Shown piece after piece: positions 1 through 12,627 of a stretch of 64,000 nucleotides of DNA (position 1 is its first letter; every line of letters begins with the position of its first letter). Source of the stretch: Octopus vulgaris (lineage: Eukaryota). Both the position numbers and the translations under genes were made by a program. The notes under the pieces are model-generated. The model worked only from the letters and a program-made list of their open reading frames with translations, searched no databases and was not told where the DNA came from. The stretch lies in the NCBI GenBank assembly GCA_951406725.2, contig OX597837.1:12400001-12464000 (forward strand). Reading direction: 5' to 3'.

Positions 1-687
1 AGAATACTTTTTTCTCAATTTCACCCATTCTGTCAACCGATATTTATCACTGGACGAAAACCGGATTTTCAATTTTCGCCACTTTTTTTAAACAGAGTGT
101 AAGTTCCCCGTAAGTGGAAAGCTTCAGATAAACGGTGGACAGAGTAGGAATTAGGAAGTTCCATTTTTGGATTTTCTATAAAATTACAGCGCACAAACAA
201 ATCATTGAATCTATGTTCTCTGTAAATTACTGGCATAAATTTGCACCTTCACATTAAATTACCTTATTACATTTTTGTCATGATCCGATGATTTTAATGT
301 GAAATTAAGGCAGAAAGGAACACCAACTCCAGCATATCGATACGTGTCTTTACATTGAGTGGTAAATGGCAGGCGTGTTTATCGATTGAAAATAGAGCGA
401 AATGACTGCGAAATATAACTGTACTAAAGAGATTCTGACCATAGTTTTGGAAGAACATATTCTGTGAAGAAAATATAATTTAGAGATCAAACAAACATCT
501 TTTATATAATGAAATTATTTTAAACAAATCAAGGTGACCAAATCAATGAAATAATTTGTTAATTGTCGAATGCTACCTTTCAGGGTTTATTTCAGCAGAC
601 AGAACGTACACCACTCAGGAATTAATATCCTTTCAGATTCGAAACCTCAACTAAAACCTCGTGAGGATCCGTGGAAAAGATACAACA

Positions 688-2151
688 ATGTCTCGATTTA
701 CTAATTGCGTTCAGCGCTATTGCTCGTGTCGATGGAGATTATGCTATATTTGTGCAATGGCTTCTGTTTTGGTGCAAACATTAAGAGTCGATATAAGTAT
801 GGCGTTTGTTTGTATGTTGAAAACCCCGAATCGTACAAGCGAAGAAGTTAACGTTACTACAGACAACCAACATTGTTCCGGATTCGATAACCGTTCAATG
901 ATCGAAAACTATGAAGGAGAGCTTGAATGGAGCGACACGTTACAATCAAACACACTGGCTGGTTTCTTCTATGGATATATAGCAACTAATTATTTGGGTG
1001 GTTTATTGGCCGATAAATATGGTGCGAAAAGAGTTGTCGGAGGTTCAATACTCTCAGCATCCATTCTGACCATTCTTCACCCAAGTCTGTCTCGAATTAG
1101 TGGTTACTTGACCCTCGTTCTAAGGATATTAACAGGTATGGCATCAGGACCAATATACCCGGCGTTTCAATCCTTATATGGACGTTGGGCGCCTCCGCAA
1201 GAAATTGGTGCGTTGGTTGGGCTTACTTTTGCTGGTCTGTTTCTGGGTAATATTGTAGGTCTTTCAATATCAGGTTATCTTTGTCTTTATGGATTTGACA
1301 ATGGATGGGGTTCTATATTTTATATATTTGGTGGATTATCGTTGGTGTTTAGTTGTGTATGGTTTTATGTTGTGTACGATACTCCTGATGACCATCCAAC
1401 CATTAGCGACAAAGAACTTTCTTATTTAAACAGAATTATAACAAGTAAAAAAGTGGTGAAAAATGTACCATGGAGACGGCTGATTTCTTCGCCTGCAGTT
1501 TGGGCCATTAGCATTGGCTGGTTTGCCCATTGTTGGACTGCTTTCTCTTTCCAGGTGTTGCTACCCCTTTATATGAAAGAAGCCTTAAACGTTAATACAA
1601 CCTCTAATGGTTTAATGTCATCTGCTCCTTCGGTCGGACTGATCATTGCACTACCACTGTGCGGGAACTTGGCTGATTTTGTACGTTTAAAGAAATACAT
1701 ATCAACTCGTTGTGTTCGCGTTTTATTCCAAAGCATTGCCCTGATTCCTTCAGCATGTCTGTTGATAGTCATAGGATTCCTCAGATGTGACCAAACCATT
1801 CTAATAACTATCTTATTGTTTCTCATTGGTATAACTCTATCATTTTCCAGTGGTGGTGTTATCGTCAACAACAATGACATTGCCCCAAGTTATTCTGGTA
1901 TTATATTTGGAATTGCAACTACTTTCGCTACGGCTTCGGGATGTATTTGTCCCTTATCTGCAAAAGCTTTAGCCCCAAACGGTACACAAGAAGAATGGCA
2001 GATCGTGTTTGCCTTAAATGCTGCTGTATGTGTAGTTAGCGCAATATTATATGCAATATTAGCCAGAGGAGAAATTCAAGATTGGGCGTTTTCGGAAGAC
2101 CCTGGGCTATCTGTTCCCCTTAACGACATGAACACAAATAAATCGGTTTAA
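688..2151 (+). CDS. SLC17/sialin-like MFS anion transporter, copy 1 (intronless, intact, 487 aa)
   Basis: The ATG at 688 aligns with the starts of the paralogs (the ORF track begins at an upstream GTG, 661). SLC17-type motifs: [88 protein letters not shown]. Confidence 0.93.
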   Translation: MSRFTNCVQRYCSCRWRLCYICAMASVLVQTLRVDISMAFVCMLKTPNRTSEEVNVTTDNQHCSGFDNRSMIENYEGELEWSDTLQSNTLAGFFYGYIATNYLGGLLADKYGAKRVVGGSILSASILTILHPSLSRISGYLTLVLRILTGMASGPIYPAFQSLYGRWAPPQEIGALVGLTFAGLFLGNIVGLSISGYLCLYGFDNGWGSIFYIFGGLSLVFSCVWFYVVYDTPDDHPTISDKELSYLNRIITSKKVVKNVPWRRLISSPAVWAISIGWFAHCWTAFSFQVLLPLYMKEALNVNTTSNGLMSSAPSVGLIIALPLCGNLADFVRLKKYISTRCVRVLFQSIALIPSACLLIVIGFLRCDQTILITILLFLIGITLSFSSGGVIVNNNDIAPSYSGIIFGIATTFATASGCICPLSAKALAPNGTQEEWQIVFALNAAVCVVSAILYAILARGEIQDWAFSEDPGLSVPLNDMNTNKSV

Positions 2152-2238
2152 CTAGTTTACTGAAATTTTAGTTAGACCAAACATAGCATTATCCACTAGA
2201 ATGCATAGTTCACTTTATTTCAGTGATTCCGTAATGTG

Positions 2239-2370
2239 TGTATGTATGTATGTATGTATGTATGTATGTATGTATGTATGTATGTATGTATGTATGTATG
2301 TATGTGTTTGTATGTACGTATGTATATGTGTGTGTGTATGTATGTGTGTACATACGTACGTACGTATGTA
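2239..2370. repeat. (TATG)n/(TG)n microsatellite
   Basis: Seen directly; accounts for the spurious MYVC ORFs. Confidence 0.95.
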
Positions 2371-2582
2371 TTTCATAAAAATTATAGCTATGAAATTAAC
2401 ATAGAATTATATGCTACTACATTTTAAGTAAAAATTCAGAGAGCGATATCGCTGTAGAGACATCTTTTGTTAGCTTTCCTACCTCATCTCCTCTCTGTCT
2501 TTCTCTCTGCCGTATCTATTTATCTGTCAATCTATTTACAATTTGGTAATTTAGATTTTATAATCTTTCTTCTTCATTTAAC

Positions 2583-2815
2583 TTGAGAAGAAAATGTGAT
2601 GCCACGAATATTAGTAAATGTATTTGGGATCTGAAAGTGACGAAGATTAACTACGATATAGAGTGGTCCATTATGATCTACGCTCCATCGTACAATACTG
2701 ATAATTTTAATTGTGATCCTTGTCTACAACGAACGTATTATATAATTACTTCAAAACTAAAATTATAAAATTGTAAAACCAATCTTATATTGAAATGCTT
2801 CCATAAATAAGAAAA
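2583..2815 (+). mobile_element. Degenerate PLE GIY-YIG C-terminal fragment (Penelope/Poseidon-like)
   Basis: Translation ATNISKCIWDLK..KINYDIEWSI..YAPSY...CDPCL....II resembles PLE endonuclease C-termini. Related pieces lie at ~40100-40360 and ~43520-43900. Confidence 0.55.
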
Positions 2816-2829
2816 TGCATTTAAATATT

Positions 2830-3150
2830 TGTTGTTGTTGTTGTTTGTTGTTATTAATGTTATTATTCCTCTGTAACACAGTGTAGGTAAAAATGCAACG
2901 GAGTCTTTAGTCATCTGTCATGCCACAACAAGGACCTCAGACAGATAATACTTTCCTTAAGATGTGCACTGTGCCCAATAAGGCTACTTTTTGCAAGACA
3001 TCCATCAGTCTTCAAGTTTCACTCCGATCATCACTGGTATCACTTTTACTTTATCCTCCCGCATTCCATACAGTTTTGCCATTTCCACTTTCAGTTCGGA
3101 GTACTTGTTGATTTGTTCAATCTCTTTACTCACAACGTTTATGCAATTTT
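2830..3150 (-). mobile_element. 3' end of R4/Dong-like RLE non-LTR retrotransposon
   Basis: Minus-strand translation SKEIEQINKYSELKVEMAKLYGMREDKVKVIPVMIG...LQKVALLGTVHILRKVLSV*, followed by a (TAA/CAA)n tail. Confidence 0.75.
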
Positions 3151-3246
3151 GCGCGTTCGTATTATGCTTTTTGTTTCAATATCAAAATTTTAAATGCAGT
3201 GAAGATATTGGATCTAATATTTTTTTACAATTATAATTACATTTTT

Positions 3247-3510
3247 GTTGTGTCTAGGGAGATTCATTTTCTTTTTGTGCCTTATAAGTTAACACACTCA
3301 CCAGTAAAATTTCCACTTATTTCTTATTATAAAAGAAAAATTTCTTATTATAAGATAAAAATAAAAATAAGAAATAAGTGGAAATTTTACCGGTGGGTGT
3401 GTTAAATTATAAGGCGCAAAAAGAAAATGACTCTCCCCAGACTCAACAGAATATGCTTCAACACACGAACCCATATAAAGAATCTTGCAAACCAAATCCA
3501 AAAACGAAAT
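3247..3510. repeat. Inverted repeat of a PLE-terminus-like family
   Basis: 3247-3328 is the reverse complement of ~3367-3449. The same family occurs at 35507-35800, 53280-53410 and 56550-56723. Confidence 0.75.
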
Positions 3511-3671
3511 TGCATTTTTGATTATCCTAAAAAATTATTAATTTTAAAGGAAATAAATATACGGGCAGGTTTCATTTAATTCAAATATTTTTAATCAAAA
3601 GTATATTTATTAGTTTTATTGCATTGGCTGGAGAAAAGTGGATTGCAATGAAAAATGCGGGCACATGTATA

Positions 3672-4090
3672 CTCTTTACTCTTTTACTCTTTTACTTGTT
3701 TCAGCCATTTGACTGCGGCCATGCTGGAGCACCGCCTTAAATCGAGCAACTCGACCCCGGCACTTACTCTTTGTAAGCCCAGTACTTATTCTATCGGTCT
3801 CTTTTGCCGAACCGCTAAGTGACGGGGACATAAACACACCAGCATCGGTTGTCAAGCAATGCTAGGGGGACAAACACAGGCACACAAACATACACGCACA
3901 CATATGTAGATATATACACATATATACGACGGGCTTCTTTCAGTTTCCGTCTACCAAATCCACTCACCAGGCTTTGGTCGGCCCAAGGCTATAGTAGAAG
4001 ACACTTGCCCAAGATGCCACGCAGTGGGACTGAACCCGGAACTATGTGGTTGGTAAGCAAGCTACTTACCACGCAGCCACTCCTGCGCCT
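3672..4090 (-). mobile_element. tRNA-derived SINE (family A)
   Basis: Head GGCGCAGGAGTGGCTGCGTGGTAAG...GGTTCAGTCCC (A/B-box-like), internal (TG)n, tail GGCGGTGCTCCAGCATGGCCGCAG...GAAACAAGTAAAAGAG. Multiple copies in the window. Confidence 0.9.
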
Positions 4091-4958
4091 GTATCTTAAT
4101 ATTATTAAGTTATTACACCTGGAAAAGTACAGAACAATATCTCTACAGAGGACCTTGTTTAATTTGTCACCTCTAAAGGAAACTAAAAAGTACTTAAAAT
4201 AAAAAATTTCTACTGTACTTTAAATATTGCAACCGAGAATAAAATTAAAATACATTATATTTGTTAAATTTGAGATATTTTATTTTAATTATTATAAGAC
4301 TCTAAAAAAACCAAGAAGATCTTTAAAAACATTTTACAAAAATAATCAAAAATAAATTTAAACAAAAAAACATCTAAATCGTCTTCTGAAGTATACAATT
4401 AAAATATTCATTTTATTTAGTTGTATCAAGTATAAACAATAAAACATAAAGTTATAAATAATATTGCACAATATATTTTTTTTTTACTTTGATTGAAATC
4501 CCATTACAAAAAATCCGTATCTAATACGGAGTAACAACAGGTAAGTTAATAGGTTTTTTCAAATAATTTTATTGTATTTTATAGTAGGTTTTTTTAATTG
4601 CTTATATTATTTTATTGGATATAACTTTCTATGTCTATTCCATACAATAAGGTTATCCTGAACTAGGAGTTGCGGTTTTATTGGTAAAATCCCAAATTTG
4701 TAATAATATTATAAACGATACTATTTACTTTGCATTAGTAAAGTGTAAAATAGTAAATGTCCTGATAACCTGGAATACTTATTCTTCCCTAAGATTTTAA
4801 ATACATACATACATACATGATACATACATACATACATACATACATACATACATACGTACAAGCATACATACATATATATATGTATGTATATACATATATA
4901 TATATTCATACGCGCGCACACAAACACACTCACAGACACACACATACACATGTATGCA

Positions 4959-5034
<76 letters not shown>

Positions 5035-5041
5035 TATATAA

Positions 5042-5290
5042 ATGAAAGAATGAAGTCGAACGTAGATGTTAACAAATTTCCTTTACTCTCGACATATGTT
5101 TCGAAGACAACATGTTTTCATTCCAAAGGAATAAAGGGTGCATTATGCAATCTTCTCATCAGGAAAGAAAGGGAGCCTCTCTCGACTACAAGTCTCCTTT
5201 GGAATGAAAACATGTTGTCTTCGAAACATATGTCGAGAGTAAAGGAATTTTGTTAACATCTTCGTTCTACTCCATTCTTTCATTTATTCA
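5042..5290. repeat. Fold-back element (arms ~5042-5130 / 5196-5285) inserted in (TA)n
   Basis: Arms are reverse complements; absent from duplication unit 2. Confidence 0.85.
5086..5167 (-). ncRNA. Type I hammerhead ribozyme, canonical core
   Basis: Minus strand: cuuuc-CUGAUGA-gaaga..(loop)..ucuuc-GAAA-cauau-GUC-gagag. Helices I and II pair; helix III is the palindrome ACAUAUGU. Confidence 0.85.
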
Positions 5291-5586
5291 TATACAACAC
5301 ACAAATTTCTGCACATGAATCCGGAGTTTCTACCCTTGGATAGGTCGCTCCAACCGTGTTTCTGACGTGAATTTGCTACCCAGGTTTCGGTTAAACGAAT
5401 TTTCCATGCTGACGATAAACATAGGATAATTCATATATATATATATATATATATAACGGGAAGCTTTATGAAAATAGACAAAAGACGAAGGCAGGTTTAC
5501 GGAAATAAACAAAAGACGAAGGCAGATATATATATATATATATGAATAAAAGATGGAGTTAACGCAGGTTTAAACAAGTATTTTTA

Positions 5587-5670
5587 CTTTCTACATATGT
5601 TTCGAAAATTCCACTGATACTATTGAAATGAATAAAAGGTATAAACAATGCAATCTTCTCTTCGGGAAAG
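5587..5670 (-). ncRNA. Hammerhead-like motif, mirror copy of 6230-6313
   Basis: Reverse-complement arm of the fold-back; same CCGAAGA...GAAACAUAUGUA motif. Confidence 0.65.
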
Positions 5671-6229
5671 TGAAAAAACGAAACTCGTCAATACGACATT
5701 TTAGCAAAAAATGATGGATTCGTATAGCAATAGACAGAACACTATTAATATTGTTTAAAAAAACGTTATGTGATATAACGTCATAAGTAGCTAAGAGAAA
5801 GAGTAGGGATATTAATAGTGAATGTTAAATATAAAGGAAATTAAATTTTAAACTATATATAATGATAGAGACTACCTATATGCACTAAAAGTATGTTTCT
5901 GCTAATGCTTACATCTGTATGCTCGTTCTATAACCGTGTTTACTAGAGTATTTTTAGAAAAAATAATGAAAAATAGCTCAGAATTGCAGAGAAGACAGAA
6001 TTTCTTGACTTTGTCATATGGTATCGAAATTGAGAGGATCAACCATTCTAAATGAAATTGTTCATTTATATTTAACATTCACTATTAATATCCCTACTCT
6101 TTCTCTTAGCTACTTATGACGTTATATCACATAACGTTTTTTTAAACAATATTAATAACGTTCTGTCTATCGCTATACGAATCCATCATTTTTTGCTAAA
6201 ATGTCGTATTGACGAGTTTCGTTTTTTCA

Positions 6230-6313
6230 CTTTCCCGAAGAGAAGATTGCATTGTTTATACCTTTTATTCATTTGAATAGTATCAGTGGAATTTTCGAAA
6301 CATATGTAGAAAG
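6230..6313 (+). ncRNA. Hammerhead-like motif (U4C core variant)
   Basis: cuuuc-CCGAAGA-gaagauu..aauuuuc-GAAA-cauau-GUA-gaaag; same family as 5086-5167. Confidence 0.7.
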
Positions 6314-6509
6314 TAAAAATACTTGTTTAAACCTGCGTTAACTCCATTTTTTATTCATATTATTCAAATATTCAACGTAAACACGAAGTTTCAACCTTTA
6401 TACACAAGGAGTTACATCTTTACTTGTGAGATTTTTGCTGCCCTGGTAACTATTTATTTATTTTTCCGTGTTAATTGTTAACAAGGTAAAATACACTCAT
6501 CTATTTATA

Positions 6510-6568
<59 letters not shown>

Positions 6569-6575
6569 GTGTGTG

Positions 6576-6621
<46 letters not shown>

Positions 6622-6638
6622 CAAACAGAAAAAAGTAG

Positions 6639-8102
6639 CTAAGCCGTTTTGTTTCTTTTCGCTTCGTTTGATTGACCGGACGAGTCAGATCCCCCTATAA
6701 TCGCCCATTCTTGGATTTCTCCTCTTGCCAATATTGCAAATATTATTGCACCAAATACACAAATACCACTGTACAAGGATAACACGATCTGCCATTCTTC
6801 TTGTGTACCGTTTGGGGTTAAAGCTTTTGTAGTTAAGGAACTAATACTGCCGGAGAGTGCAGATATTGCATTAGCAATTGAATACACAACACCAGCAAAG
6901 CTTGGCGCAATGTCGATGTTATTAGGGATAACTCCCCCACTGGAAAATGACAGAGTGATACCACTGAGCAAAAACAAGACACTTATCAGAATGGTTTGGT
7001 CACATCTGAGAAATCCTATGGTAATCAGTATACATGCTGATGTAACCATCGAAAAAGTTTGGAATAAAACGCGAACGGAACGGTTTGACAGATATTTCTT
7101 TGAACGCAAAATGTCTGCGAATTTTCCACATATCGGTAGAGCAAACATTTGTCCCATGGAAGGAGCAGACGACATTAAACCGTTCGATGTTGTTTTAATG
7201 TTTAAGGCTTCTTTCATATAAAGAGGTAGCAACGTCTGAAAGGACATATCTATCCAATTATAAGCAAACAAACCAATATTAATGGCCCAAACTGCAGGGG
7301 AAGAAAGCAGCCGTTTCCAAGGTACCTTTTGAACAGCATTTTTACATTTTATAGCGTCGTTTAAGTAGAAACGTTCTTCTTCACTAATAGCTGGATGAAC
7401 GTCTGGATTATCGTAAACAACATACATCCACACAAATCCAAACACCAACGATAATCCACCAAATATATAAAATATCGAACCCCATCCATTATCAAATCCA
7501 TATACACAAAGGTAACTTGAAGTAGGAAAGGCTACAATATTACCGAGAATTTGACCAGCAAATGTAAGCCCAATTAATACACCGTTCTCTTCTGGAGGGG
7601 CCCAACGTCCGATTAGGAAAAAAACTGCTGGAAATATAGGTCCAGATGCCATACCTGTTAATATTCTTAGAGCAAGCATAAAGTAACCATTAATTCGAGT
7701 TAAACTTGGGTGAAGAATTGCTAGAATGGATGTTGAAAGAATTGAACCTGCAGCGGTTATTTTCCCACCATATTTATTTGCCAATGCTCCACCGAAAATA
7801 TTAGTCACCATATATCCATAGAAGTATCCAGCCAGTATGTTTGATTGTAACGTGTCGCTCCATTCAAATTCTCCTTCTATGTTTGGATTAAAGGAATCAT
7901 TAGCGAAACCAGAACAATATTGGTTGTTCGTAGTAACGTTAACTTCCTCATTTGTACGATTGGCTCTTTTCAACATACAAACAAAGGACATGCTCAGATC
8001 GATTCTTAATGTTTGCATGATAAGTAATGCCACAGTACAAGCGTAACATATCCTCCATCGACATGAATAATAACGCTTAATGCCACTGGTAAATTTCGAC
8101 AT
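6639..8102 (-). CDS. SLC17/sialin-like transporter, copy 2 (intronless, intact, 487 aa)
   Basis: ATG at 8102 (MSKF...); same motifs as copy 1; differs from copy 3 by 4 aa. Confidence 0.93.
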   Translation of the reverse strand: MSKFTSGIKRYYSCRWRICYACTVALLIMQTLRIDLSMSFVCMLKRANRTNEEVNVTTNNQYCSGFANDSFNPNIEGEFEWSDTLQSNILAGYFYGYMVTNIFGGALANKYGGKITAAGSILSTSILAILHPSLTRINGYFMLALRILTGMASGPIFPAVFFLIGRWAPPEENGVLIGLTFAGQILGNIVAFPTSSYLCVYGFDNGWGSIFYIFGGLSLVFGFVWMYVVYDNPDVHPAISEEERFYLNDAIKCKNAVQKVPWKRLLSSPAVWAINIGLFAYNWIDMSFQTLLPLYMKEALNIKTTSNGLMSSAPSMGQMFALPICGKFADILRSKKYLSNRSVRVLFQTFSMVTSACILITIGFLRCDQTILISVLFLLSGITLSFSSGGVIPNNIDIAPSFAGVVYSIANAISALSGSISSLTTKALTPNGTQEEWQIVLSLYSGICVFGAIIFAILARGEIQEWAIIGGSDSSGQSNEAKRNKTA

Positions 8103-10599
8103 TTTCTGCAAATTCAAATTCTCTTTCTTCTCCTTATGCTGTGCCCGCTGTTTAAGATTATATTAATTCATAAGTAATACAATCTTTTTTTATATTTAAA
8201 CGAAAACTTTAAGCCAGCGACTACAGTTTATTGGCTTACTTGTATACTTTTGTCAAGTGACGTTTGTTAGTTTCTAATTCTTTTGCAATTTCAAAATAGA
8301 AAATATTTGTTTGATCTCTAACCGAATTACGTCTTCTTCCAAAATCTTTGATTACAATATCTTAGTACAATTATATTTCACAGCACATTCGGGTAATGTA
8401 ATATCGATAAACATGGAAGTCATTTGCCAATCACTAAAAAGGAAATATCGGCTCACAGTTTGGTGTCTGGTGACTTCGTTTCACCATTACTTAGGAATAG
8501 AAAACATCGCGTCAAGGAAAGAATACAGGCAAATAATAAAGTAACAATGAAAATGAGGAAATGAGACGGTAAATTATTGAGAACACAGATGCAGGAATTG
8601 TTTTGTAATCCGTAATGTTTGCAACAAGACTTAAAACTCTCACTTCTAATTCTTTCTTCGTCTACAGTAACAGACGGGTTATTGAAAAGATGTGAGTTCA
8701 GTTCAACTTCGTTCGTTGATATGTTGGATAATTATTTTTTAATAAGAGCTCAGTGTAGCTGTGATAAAGGGAGATTGTAAATTCCTTGAAGGCCATGTTT
8801 TCAATACTGTTGCTGTTCGTTGTCCACTTATAGTTTATATTAGTGCTGTATAACTTTGTGATGGTGTATATATTGTAGTTTCTATTCGAGGCTCAGTCAT
8901 TCCATGTAATCCATTCCTTGCATTTAAAATGTTGCAGAAACTGAAGATCCATTGTTTAGGAAATATTAAGTCTGTGAGAAATGTCGGTGGATAGAAACGA
9001 TGAAGTTGAGAAATAAAATTCTTTGTGTATTTCTTTATGTTTCTTTCCTTTATTGGAGAATTTTCTTCGTTCAGTTATGAAGTAATCGATTGTGCATCTC
9101 CTCAGATGTGAAATCCTGTACCATGTAAAAGAAATCAACATTAGTGAGATATTCCATTTAGATGTAGTTTTATCTTACATTCTTATCGCTTTATGATCTC
9201 TTAAGTGTAAAGTGAGAGATGTATGTACAATAACGAGAGTATACATAGAGAGGTATAATTACTGCAAGTGGCTGAAATATGGGAGCGTCACGTTACACGT
9301 CAAAAAGTATTTAGTAAAGAGTAAAATGAGAAGTTATGGTTTGTGAACAATAACTTCGGGAGTGTTAAATCAGAAAATAAAACGACAGGTCAAATTGTTA
9401 TACATTTATTGTTTCGGCATTGCGAGACCAAAAAACCTGGTGTAGAACTCCAGAACGAAGAGTTAGACGAGCATTGAGAGGTAATAGGAAAAATAGACGA
9501 CCAAAGGTATAAATGAGTATCTTATGAACACCATTAGTTCACAGCTGTTTCTGCTATAAGAGGGAGTGGATTTGTAGTTGAGTGTCTAAATAACAAGTTA
9601 AAGCTTCATCGGAGCGTTGAATATGCTGTGCAATTTCTTTGGGAAAAGAATTACATTTCTGCTTATATATGGAACGGTGTTATCAATGAGAAAGTCAATA
9701 CAGAAGACAGATATCTTATCGCCTGAGAAACGCTCGTGTTTGCGGTAGATGGGTTCTACTTTATGGAAAATACATTCCTTCTCACCCGAGAGATAAGCTC
9801 TTACTCACGGTAGATGGGTCTCATTGCGTAGGAAAGAGAACCGTCCTGGTCCTACAGGGGCTCTTGTTCACATCAGAAAGACTCCTCTTTACAAGAGATA
9901 AATTTCTTCACACTGGAAGATGTATCCCTTATAGGACGGTACTACTGATGCAGTATAACCATAATTAAGGTCTAGTTAAACTGCAAAGGAGAGGTACGGT
10001 GTTTGTATAACGTTGCAGCCTGTCTCTGTTTTAATAGAATTCTTTTTGTAATATCACATTGTGTTGAATAACAGTGGTTTACAGAGAAACTGAGGTAAAC
10101 ATAAAAACAAAGAAAATGACTCTCCCCAGACACAATAGTTTAAAAATAGTTGTTGTAGCCTAATTTGGGGGTGCTGATTTCAGATACAAAACCAGTTTTC
10201 ACTCATCATCTCTAGATTTTAAGATATACATTTTTATGATTTTGCGACAATTCATGTAACCATGAATTGATCAATTTTTTATTTTATTTTCCAGATTTTT
10301 GCGATACGTAAGATACACATTTCTACAATGTGTAGAAATATTCTCAAAAGACGTCCTCCGGTGAGAATGGACTGGAACACTGCATATAGATATTAGCGGA
10401 CTCAGTAAGTGGGCAGTTCGTATCGGAATGCAGTTTGGTGCTAGTTCCACTGTTCGTGTGTTGATAGTCGAAGCTGGAGTTCAAAGTTCGAGTTAGCATG
10501 ATGGATTGTTGGTTCTTAACAGATTGTTGTTACGTTGCGTGTGGCTACTGCAGTTTGTTTCGATCATATAGCTATTACACTGCTTCAGTGTAATCGTTT

Positions 10600-10900
10600 A
10601 TCCATAAAGATATAACACAGACATACGTACATATTCAATCCAGGAACGGGAAATATCAACTATGTACATGATGCACAAAAGGGACAGAGATGCAGGAAAA
10701 GCAGTAAAATGTGACAACCGACGCAGACTTCGTGGAGATAATACCGAAGATATCACCCACATCATAAGCAGTTATCCGAAAATATAATCATGACATTATC
10801 TACCGATGAGACATGATGGTGTAGCTGGGATACTATATAGTGAAATCCAGCGGACGGATAACCTCGAGAAATGGATCTTGAAGCACAATAAAGCTATATA
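10600..10900 (+). mobile_element. Degenerate RLE-LINE (R4/Dong-like) zinc-knuckle fragment
   Basis: KCDNRRRLRGDNTEDITHIISSYPKI*S*HYLPMRHDGVAGILY reads as a decayed CCHC knuckle plus RHD motif. Duplicated at ~19410-19700. Confidence 0.65.
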
Positions 10901-11134
10901 TTATACATGTAAATAATATTTTCTGAAACGCATTTTTGATAGAAAATTACGAAGAATGCACGAGATGCATACCTAAAACCATTATTTCACCTCTCCCTGC
11001 TTTATAATTCTCATGTTGTGAACACACACGCATACACACATACACACTTACACACACACACACACACACTCTCTCTCTCTCTCTCTCTCGGTCTTTGTAT
11101 ATATCTACATATATATATATATTAGATTTATCTT

Positions 11135-11179
11135 ATATTAAACTTTTTAATACTTTTTGATAGTTATATATATTAAATA

Positions 11180-11263
<84 letters not shown>

Positions 11264-11435
11264 TTTATAAATATAAATTAATAATTTAAATTTTAAATTT
11301 AAATTAAAATAATTTAAAATTTAAATTTTTAAATTTTATATTTTATATATTTTATATATTATATTAATTATTTTTATTTTTATGTTTTGCTTTATGTTTT
11401 TCAGTGTTTGATTTGCCTAATTTATCTCTAATTTA

Positions 11436-11490
<55 letters not shown>

Positions 11491-11766
11491 GCAGGGGGCT
11501 TAGTAGCAATCTAAAAACGTAAAGACAAATGTATTGACGTCAATAAAGTGAGAAAGGGTACAACGTTGTACCAGTATTGCTAGATATGGCTCAGGGGTCG
11601 TTCTGACACTTATTTCTAGCATTGCGATGCTGGCACAACTTTGGACACTGTAACTTTAGTGACGTCAATCTATCTATCTATCTATATAAAATTAAAGAGT
11701 GCTTGCATGTACTCACACACACACACACAAACACAGATACATACATACATAAAAATGTATAAATAA

Positions 11767-11825
<59 letters not shown>

Positions 11826-12112
11826 TATGGCCTAGTGGATAAGGTGTTGTACTCACGATGGTGAGATCGTGGTTTCAATTCCTAGGCAGGGTGGCGTGTT
11901 GTGTTCTTGAGCAAACCACTTCAACTCTCGCTCTGCGACCTCTTCGACCCCTGATGCGTGGCACCCCGGGCACCTGCTCAGACAACGTCGATTTGATGGA
12001 GAGGAGTGAGGTAATGTGCGGCACATACGTTTGATCTCTAGAAATAAATCATTTGTGTAAGTCGGTCGACGAAAAAGCTGAACATCTATTCGTTGTCATC
12101 GACGGGAGAGCC

Positions 12113-12156
<44 letters not shown>

Positions 12157-12394
12157 AAATTAAATGAGAGATAAAACCACTATTAAGCAAGTCAAACAGT
12201 GAAAAACATAAAACAAAACATAAACATAAAAATAATTAATATAATATACAAAATATATAAAATATAAAATTTAAAATTTAAATTATGTAAATTTAAAATG
12301 ATTAATTTATATTTATAAATTTTTGTATTTTTTAATTTCTAAACTTTTTCGTATTTAAATATATATAACTATCAAAAAGTATGAAAAAGTTTAA

Positions 12395-12398
<4 letters not shown>
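11135..12398. repeat. Diverged inverted repeat pair (11135-11440 / 12155-12398) with (TAA)n and (TA)n
   Basis: Arms are approximate reverse complements (CTTTTTGATAGTTATATA vs TATATAACTATCAAAAAG). Repeated in unit 2; a related terminus lies at ~60125-60200. Confidence 0.65.
11828..12113 (+). mobile_element. Old tRNA-derived SINE (family B-like); duplicate at ~20602-20880
   Basis: TGGCCTAGTGGATAAGG..GGTTTCAATTCC head followed by GTGTTCTTGAGCAA. Confidence 0.65.
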
Positions 12399-12427
<29 letters not shown>

Positions 12428-12627
12428 TACGGAGATGTACTCGCATAGCAAGTAATTTGATCTGAGATCGTGTGCTGAAACGAAAACAATTGCAGCGTGG
12501 AAGGTGTTTATAAGCCATTTAAGAAACACACAAAAGCCGTTCGATTCACTTCAACATTAAACTTAAATGTTGAAGTGAATCGAACTTTTGTGTGTTTCTT
12601 AAATCTTATAAACACTTTCCACGCTGC

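Larger units (their letters stand above)
5541..6360. repeat. Large fold-back element (~295 bp arms 5541-5836 / 6066-6360)
   Basis: Near-perfect inverted arms around a ~230 bp spacer, flanked by (TA)n; absent from unit 2. Confidence 0.9.

Noticed and set aside
1569-1880. Conserved ~103-aa antisense ORF in several SLC17 copies
   Set aside because: Shadow of the conserved sense CDS; no independent coding evidence.
9537-9620. Minus-strand CCGAUGA-agc...GAAACAGCUGUG HHR-like motif (also ~18370-18450)
   Set aside because: Core, helix II closure and cleavage triplet are all damaged; at most a decayed HHR, so not listed as a ribozyme.
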